From contig JBAZUV010000001.1 of the NCBI GenBank assembly GCA_041661185.1, positions 224,721 through 288,720 on the forward strand: DNA of 64,000 nt. Reading direction: 5' to 3'. The translations under genes were made by a program, and so were the position numbers. Under the pieces are notes generated by a model, which was not told the origin of the DNA, did no database searches, and saw only the letters and a list, made by a program, of their open reading frames with translations. Below, one piece after another: positions 58,687 to 64,000 of the stretch; the first letter of the stretch is position 1, and each line of letters starts with the position of its first letter. The stretch is from Elusimicrobiota bacterium (lineage in GTDB: Bacteria > Elusimicrobiota > Elusimicrobia > UBA1565).

Positions 58687-61600
58687 ATGGAAAAAATGCG
58701 CCGTCGCTCTGCGCTGTTTCGAGGCATCGCTCTCCTGCTTTCCATCTGCATCCCGGCAGGGAGCATGGCTCCCTTGTGGGCCCAGTCCGGAGCCGCTGCG
58801 CAGGCCGCTTCAGGCGAAGCCGTTGCCCCTGTCAACGTCCAAGGAGTCGGTTCCGTTGTCGACGCCGTTCAACCGGTTCCTCTCGATCTCGGCCTCGGCC
58901 TCCAACCCGGAGCGGTCCTTCCGGTCTCGGCGCTCAAGATTCTCGCAACACAGGCCCTCCAGCCGGCCGCATCCAAGAAAGGGCTGGCCTTGCCCGCTGC
59001 TTCGATCCTGAAGACGGCGCAGCAGCCGTCGGAGACCGGCCGTGCGCAGGAGACGGATGCCGCGGATGCTCAGCCGATGGACAGCCCTCACCGCGTGAAA
59101 ACAGGAGCAGGCAAGTCCGCAGCAAAGAAGCGGAACGCTTCGCACGCGGCAACGATGCCGGCGGGTAGGGACCAACAGCCTGCGCCGGCAGAGGCGCAGC
59201 CGGGTCATAAGCCCGCGTCCGGGCTGGAACTTCTGACCCAGGCGGTGAATGCCCTCGCCGGCGCAGCCAAGAGTCCCTCCTCCATGGCCGGGAAGGCCCT
59301 TTTAGACGAGACGTTCGCGGGAGAGCGGCGTCAAACCGCCGAGCTCGACGGCATCCCCGGTTTCATCGACGGCGCGCAGCTTAAGTCTCTACTTCTCCCG
59401 AGCGCCCGCGTCCAGGACCCCGAAACAAAGGCCGTCCTTGAAACGCTGGGCCTGACGCGCGCGCGCTTCAAGCAATTGGCCAGGGCCCAGGCCGATTTCC
59501 ATCAGGCGATGCTCAAAGAGGAGCCCTCTCTCCAGGAAACGGGGTACTCGCTCAGGACGCAGAAGCGCTTTTCCAGGGCCGTTCTCGCGCTGGCCCGCCG
59601 GCTCGCGCAGGAAGGCGTCGGCGACCCTCTCGGGAAAGCCCTTCTGCTCTCCTGCCAGAGCTATTACGGCGACCCTGTCGATTCCGGCGTCTTGCTTCAT
59701 AAGCGCGAGCGTTTCCTGATGCTGATCAAGAGGCACTTCGGCGGCTTCATCTCAGCCGCGAATATCGCGACGGTCGAGCGTTTCAGCCGGACGATGACGG
59801 CGGCCCAGGAGAGCGTCTTGGGCATCCCGGCCGCCTCTTTCTCCGGCTCGCCCGTCTTGATGCGGGCGGCCCGCGCGCTGATGACCGCCAATCCCGTCCT
59901 GCTCAAACCGGCCTCGGGCAGCGATGCGGCGCTCATGGACGCCTTGCGTTCGGTGAGCAAAAGCCTCGGCATCGAGCTCTCGACCTTCTGGTGTCATCCG
60001 CTTGAAGAGCAGCAGCTCGTGGGCTACAAGGTCCCCCGGAGCGATTCGGAAGGCTGGGTGTTCGGTCAGGCCGAACTCATCCGGCTCATCGCCAAGGCGC
60101 GAAGGGAGCCCGGCAAGCGCTTTGCCATGCTCATCAAGAACGTGGAGGCCATGGACCCCGGCCTGCGGCTCTCCCTGCAGGAGGCCTTGAACATGGGAGA
60201 GCTCAACGACCGCGAGCTCGGCGTCGTCGAGATCCCCTCGAACCTCCAGTTCATCTTCACCATGAACGAAGGCGCGGATCTTTCGGATGAATCCTTCCAG
60301 GACAGGGTCTCGGTCAAGAGCATCCAAGCCGGAGCGAATGCGAAGCTTGCGGTCCCGGTCTTCCAGCTGCCCAAGGGGGTGACGGAATCGAACTACCTCG
60401 ACCATATCTCGATCGGACAGGCGGCCGGCGCCTGGCCGGTTCTCTCGCTGGCCGGCTACGACCTGCTGCTGGCCCCGGAGTTCTCGGATCAATATCTCAT
60501 CACTCGGAATAGTGTCCAGGATCGGCTCTTCCAGAAGGCCGGCTTGGTCCTCGATTTCGAGACGTTCCGCCTGCTCGCGGCCATGGCCTGGGCGCGGAAG
60601 AAGCATCTTCCCATCCTCCGCATCGAAGGGCCCACGGGTTCGCGCAAGACCTTCTCCGCGGCCTCGCTGGCCCGGCTCACGGGCAGCCGCTTCTTCTCCA
60701 ACCCCGTCAATGTGGATACGGGGCTCAGCGATTGGATCGGACGCTTCAAGCAGGACAAGAGCGGACGCTACCGCTTCCACGCGGAGACCGCTTTCAAGGA
60801 GCGCGTCGAGAGCGGCGGCGTGGTCGCCTTGAGCGAGCTCAACACCTTGACCGACCACAACGACAAGGCCGGCTTGGCGTGGTGGCTGACCCAGATCGCG
60901 GAGACCGAGCCCGACGCCGACGGCTATAGGACGATCCGATTGACGGACATCCCCGCGGCCGAGGGAGAAGAGGTCCCGGTCATCCGCGTCCATCCGCAGA
61001 CGCTCATCGTCGTGGACGTCAATCCTGAGGGCGAGTACAGCGTCCGAGGCGCGATGCCCGAGGTCTTCAAGGAGCATACGCCTTCCTTGACCGTTTCCCC
61101 GCTGGTCAGCGGGCTCGACGCGCGCAGGGAGGCGGAGAAAACGGCGCTCAACCTGCACGCGGAGATGAATCTCAAGCACGGCTGGACTCCCAGGTCTGGA
61201 GGGGAGAAGATCCCCGGCTTGAAGGATGCGGCGCAGCGCAAGGCCTTGGCCAAGCGCCTCGTGGACGTCTTCTACCGCGTCTCTGTCGGCCAGGTCCGGG
61301 GGGAGTTCGGCTGGGGCGAGCACCGGGTCTTCTCGATCAGGGAGTTCAAGCGGATGTGCCAGGACGTGCTCTCCGGCTTGCGCCAGGGACGGACCGAGGA
61401 CCAGGCGCTGGCCCAGGCGGCCTATACCCATCTGGCTTCAGGCTGGGAATCTCCCCAGGACCGCGGCCGCGTGCTCGAACTCCTCGAATCCGAATTCAAG
61501 CTCAAGGCCGTGCAGCCCGATATGGTCGCCGCGGTGCAGGATCAGCTCATGGAGAAGGGCCGGCCGCTTCATCTGCGCGTCGCGCCTGAGACCGATCTGC

Positions 61601-64000
61601 GCAGGGAGCTCGAAGCCCTTCGCGCGGCCTTGCCCGACACGGACATCTCGCTGGTCACCTTCACCGATGAGACCGACCGCTTCCAGCTGGAAGGGGACCT
61701 TGTCCCGGTCGGAGACGGCAGCCGCCTGGATTTCGGGCACGGGATCTTCGGGCGGCTGATCCAAAAGGCCCTCGGCCGACCCGACCGGAAGGTCCTCTAC
61801 GTCTTCGACGACGCGCACAATCTCAAACCCGAGGAGATCGTTGCGGCCGACGAGTTCTTCCAGACCGGCGAGCTCCAGCCCGCTTCGCTGGGAAAGACCC
61901 TGCGCCTGCCGGCCAATGCGAACATGCTCTTCATCAGCCGGACCGATTCTCCGCTGCCATGGGCGGCCGCCGAGCGCTCGCGCTTCGTGGAGATGGTTCT
62001 TTCCAGGGACGAGGACTGGCTGGTCCGCACGGTCCGCGCCGCCTTCGAGCAGGCTTCCACGCATTGGCCCTCCGCCTTGGCGGACCTGCTTTCCCGGTGG
62101 ACGCTCGACCTTCCGGAGGGCTGGTCCGAGGCCAAGGTCTTCCGCTGGGTCCAGAACACGGTCCAGGCGCTCGGCAAGAGCGGGCGTGAAAACTTGGCCG
62201 AGGGGATCGAGGATGCTCTGCGCGACAACCTTCTGATGGCCGTGCCCTCCAGCATGAGGGAATCGATGCTTTGGCGATGCATGACGCCCATCCGGCGGCT
62301 TCTCGGAACGCAGGACGCAAAGAGGAGCGCTTCTCCTCTTCGGCGCTTGGCCGGCTTTCAGCAGGAGTCCGCGGCCGCCTCCGACAGGATGAGCCAAGCT
62401 CTGAGCAAGCTGCGGAGGCTGCTCGGTGCCGCCGCCGCGGACCCTGCCGGGCAGGAGACCGATGAGCCGGCTCTCAAGCCGGGCGATATCGTCGAGACCT
62501 ATGAGGATTCCGGAGCCCTGCCTTCCGGGATGCACGCCAAGGCCCTGGCCAGGACGCCGGACGGTCGGCACATTCTTCTGGCCGAGGAAGACAGGATCGA
62601 ACTCCTGCGCAAAGACGAGACAGGGGCCTTCCGGAAGGTTTGGAGCCATGAGGTGGAGAACGCCGATCTCGTGGCCCTGAGCGACGATGCGGGTATGCTG
62701 GTCGCGTCAGGGAGATTCAGCGGCTTCAAAGCCTTCAAACTCGAGGGAACCGATTATCGAATGATCAGCGACATGGGACACGGCAAAGGTCCGGTCACTG
62801 CATTGGCCCTCACCCCGGACGGCAAGACCCTTGCCGCGGGATTCTTCCACAAACTCATTCCGTATGCATGGGACGGGAACGGCTATAAGGAACTTCTTGA
62901 CAGCGGCCTTGGCAGCGGCGTGACTTCGGTCGGGATCACGGCGGACGGAGGGACCATCGTCGCCAGCGGGAAGTCGCATATGCTGTATGCCTTCCGGCGA
63001 AAAGGGGGCGATTTCGTCCACGACTGGCAGGATGAGTTGAGCGGCGAGCGGATGTCCACGGCGGTCTCTCCGGACGGGAAATATATCCTGAGCGGCAGCG
63101 GCGACGGGAGCGCGAGGCTCATGGTTCAGGATGAGTCCGGCCGACAGGCCGTCTGGGAGGAGGAGTCCGAGAGCAAGATCGTCCATGTCTCCCTCACTGC
63201 GGATGCCGGGCATCTCCTGCTCGTACATCTGGAGCCGGGCGGAAGCAGGATTCGGCTGCTGCGCTTTAAAGGCATCGAAGCGGGGCGACGCGTTTACGAG
63301 ACGATATGGGAAAAGCGGGTCTCAGGGTCCGTCCGGACGGCCAGTCTCGCTCCCGACGCCGGGAGCATCCTTATCGACGGAGAGGTTCGTCTATTCGAGC
63401 CCGGGCATGTGTTCATCAAGGATGAAGGAAGCGCCGTGCTCCTGGCTTCCGACGCCAATATCCGTCGGAACGAACTTCCTGTCAAGGGACTCCGAAAGCG
63501 CGGTTTTGAGGCGCGCGGCAAAGACTTGGAGGCTGCCCGCCAAGAGTATCTCTCGGCTTGGGCCGAACAGAGGAGCGCGCTTAAAGAGATGGGGAGCGTG
63601 CTCGAACGGGACGCGCAGGAATTCCTCTGGGAGCGGCGCAAGCCCGGCGAGCTCAAGCCCCTCGACGTCGCCAAGCCGATCGGCCCCGCCGTGCTCGTGG
63701 ACGTGATCGAACTCGGGCTCAAGCCTTCTCAACTGCGCATGTCCCCGGACGGCCTGCGCATCCTCGCGGCAGTGGAAAAGACGCTCTACCTCTTTGAGAG
63801 GGCCCGGACGGGGCTGCCTTTCAAGGAAATGTGGCGCAAGGATTTTCCCGAAGAGATCGGCGCGATCGCCATGACGTCGGACGGCCGGACCCTCCTGGCG
63901 GGCATCAATCCCAAGAAGGACGCCTGGAGCAACAAGCACAGCAAGGCCTTTGCGTTCCTCCAGAGCGAAGGAGGCTACGAACAAGTCTGGGAGAAGGACT
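58687..64000 (+). CDS. giant secreted protein (more than 1770 aa; 3' end outside the window): signal peptide, disordered Ala/Pro/Gln-rich region, three tandem degenerate AAA_5 (MoxR/dynein/midasin-like) modules, WD40/beta-propeller repeats
   Basis: Hand translation is open from 58687 to the window end. It is absent from the ORF track only because no stop lies inside the window. Degenerate P-loop EGPTGSRKT; Walker-B-like ALSELN and VFDDAHN; sensor-like FIFTMNEG and LIVVDVNPEG. Repeats TPDGKTLAAG and SPDGKYILSGSGDGSARL. Confidence 0.7.
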   Translation, partial: MEKMRRRSALFRGIALLLSICIPAGSMAPLWAQSGAAAQAASGEAVAPVNVQGVGSVVDAVQPVPLDLGLGLQPGAVLPVSALKILATQALQPAASKKGLALPAASILKTAQQPSETGRAQETDAADAQPMDSPHRVKTGAGKSAAKKRNASHAATMPAGRDQQPAPAEAQPGHKPASGLELLTQAVNALAGAAKSPSSMAGKALLDETFAGERRQTAELDGIPGFIDGAQLKSLLLPSARVQDPETKAVLETLGLTRARFKQLARAQADFHQAMLKEEPSLQETGYSLRTQKRFSRAVLALARRLAQEGVGDPLGKALLLSCQSYYGDPVDSGVLLHKRERFLMLIKRHFGGFISAANIATVERFSRTMTAAQESVLGIPAASFSGSPVLMRAARALMTANPVLLKPASGSDAALMDALRSVSKSLGIELSTFWCHPLEEQQLVGYKVPRSDSEGWVFGQAELIRLIAKARREPGKRFAMLIKNVEAMDPGLRLSLQEALNMGELNDRELGVVEIPSNLQFIFTMNEGADLSDESFQDRVSVKSIQAGANAKLAVPVFQLPKGVTESNYLDHISIGQAAGAWPVLSLAGYDLLLAPEFSDQYLITRNSVQDRLFQKAGLVLDFETFRLLAAMAWARKKHLPILRIEGPTGSRKTFSAASLARLTGSRFFSNPVNVDTGLSDWIGRFKQDKSGRYRFHAETAFKERVESGGVVALSELNTLTDHNDKAGLAWWLTQIAETEPDADGYRTIRLTDIPAAEGEEVPVIRVHPQTLIVVDVNPEGEYSVRGAMPEVFKEHTPSLTVSPLVSGLDARREAEKTALNLHAEMNLKHGWTPRSGGEKIPGLKDAAQRKALAKRLVDVFYRVSVGQVRGEFGWGEHRVFSIREFKRMCQDVLSGLRQGRTEDQALAQAAYTHLASGWESPQDRGRVLELLESEFKLKAVQPDMVAAVQDQLMEKGRPLHLRVAPETDLRRELEALRAALPDTDISLVTFTDETDRFQLEGDLVPVGDGSRLDFGHGIFGRLIQKALGRPDRKVLYVFDDAHNLKPEEIVAADEFFQTGELQPASLGKTLRLPANANMLFISRTDSPLPWAAAERSRFVEMVLSRDEDWLVRTVRAAFEQASTHWPSALADLLSRWTLDLPEGWSEAKVFRWVQNTVQALGKSGRENLAEGIEDALRDNLLMAVPSSMRESMLWRCMTPIRRLLGTQDAKRSASPLRRLAGFQQESAAASDRMSQALSKLRRLLGAAAADPAGQETDEPALKPGDIVETYEDSGALPSGMHAKALARTPDGRHILLAEEDRIELLRKDETGAFRKVWSHEVENADLVALSDDAGMLVASGRFSGFKAFKLEGTDYRMISDMGHGKGPVTALALTPDGKTLAAGFFHKLIPYAWDGNGYKELLDSGLGSGVTSVGITADGGTIVASGKSHMLYAFRRKGGDFVHDWQDELSGERMSTAVSPDGKYILSGSGDGSARLMVQDESGRQAVWEEESESKIVHVSLTADAGHLLLVHLEPGGSRIRLLRFKGIEAGRRVYETIWEKRVSGSVRTASLAPDAGSILIDGEVRLFEPGHVFIKDEGSAVLLASDANIRRNELPVKGLRKRGFEARGKDLEAARQEYLSAWAEQRSALKEMGSVLERDAQEFLWERRKPGELKPLDVAKPIGPAVLVDVIELGLKPSQLRMSPDGLRILAAVEKTLYLFERARTGLPFKEMWRKDFPEEIGAIAMTSDGRTLLAGINPKKDAWSNKHSKAFAFLQSEGGYEQVWEKD

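Overview
High-GC (about 65%) bacterial chromosomal segment. The gene content points to an anaerobic lifestyle: KorAB 2-oxoacid:ferredoxin oxidoreductase, rubrerythrin, a WrbA flavodoxin-like protein, phosphoketolase and transaldolase, succinyl-CoA synthetase and urocanase. Features in order along the window:
- The 3' end of an RND efflux pump gene.
- Bacterioferritin, an RlmI-like rRNA methyltransferase and a DEAD-box helicase.
- A cbiMNQO-type ECF Co/Ni transporter.
- A PhoB/PhoR-like two-component pair followed by a DUF47-Pit phosphate module.
- A repeat-rich 760-bp non-coding region, then transaldolase and phosphoketolase.
- A 2769-aa cyclic beta-1,2-glucan synthase on the minus strand.
- WrbA, followed by a lower-GC island (about 25.8-33.2 kb) that ends next to tRNA-Asp and tRNA-Val. 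Its core is a five-gene minus-strand operon: HTH, DNA methyltransferase, BglII-like restriction endonuclease, DGQHR/DndB-like protein and a 427-aa membrane protein. The island is punctuated by repeats that resemble the 3' end of tRNA-Asp.
- BioY, then a CHASE2 Ser/Thr kinase, PP2C phosphatase and dual-FHA operon.
- korAB, sucCD, ccdA and an M28 peptidase.
- A second lower-GC cluster (48.7-53.2 kb): a B12-binding radical SAM enzyme, an SDR epimerase, a radical SAM/SPASM enzyme with an RRE-like N-terminus, and a small signal-peptide ORF. A CHASE2 adenylate cyclase follows.
- A DnaQ-like exonuclease, hutU and rubrerythrin.
- The first about 1770 aa of a giant secreted protein with three degenerate AAA_5-like modules and WD40-like repeats.
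No rRNA, CRISPR array, transposase or integrase was seen. A REP/BIME-like palindromic repeat family and a recurrent direct-repeat promoter/operator motif occur at several intergenic sites.
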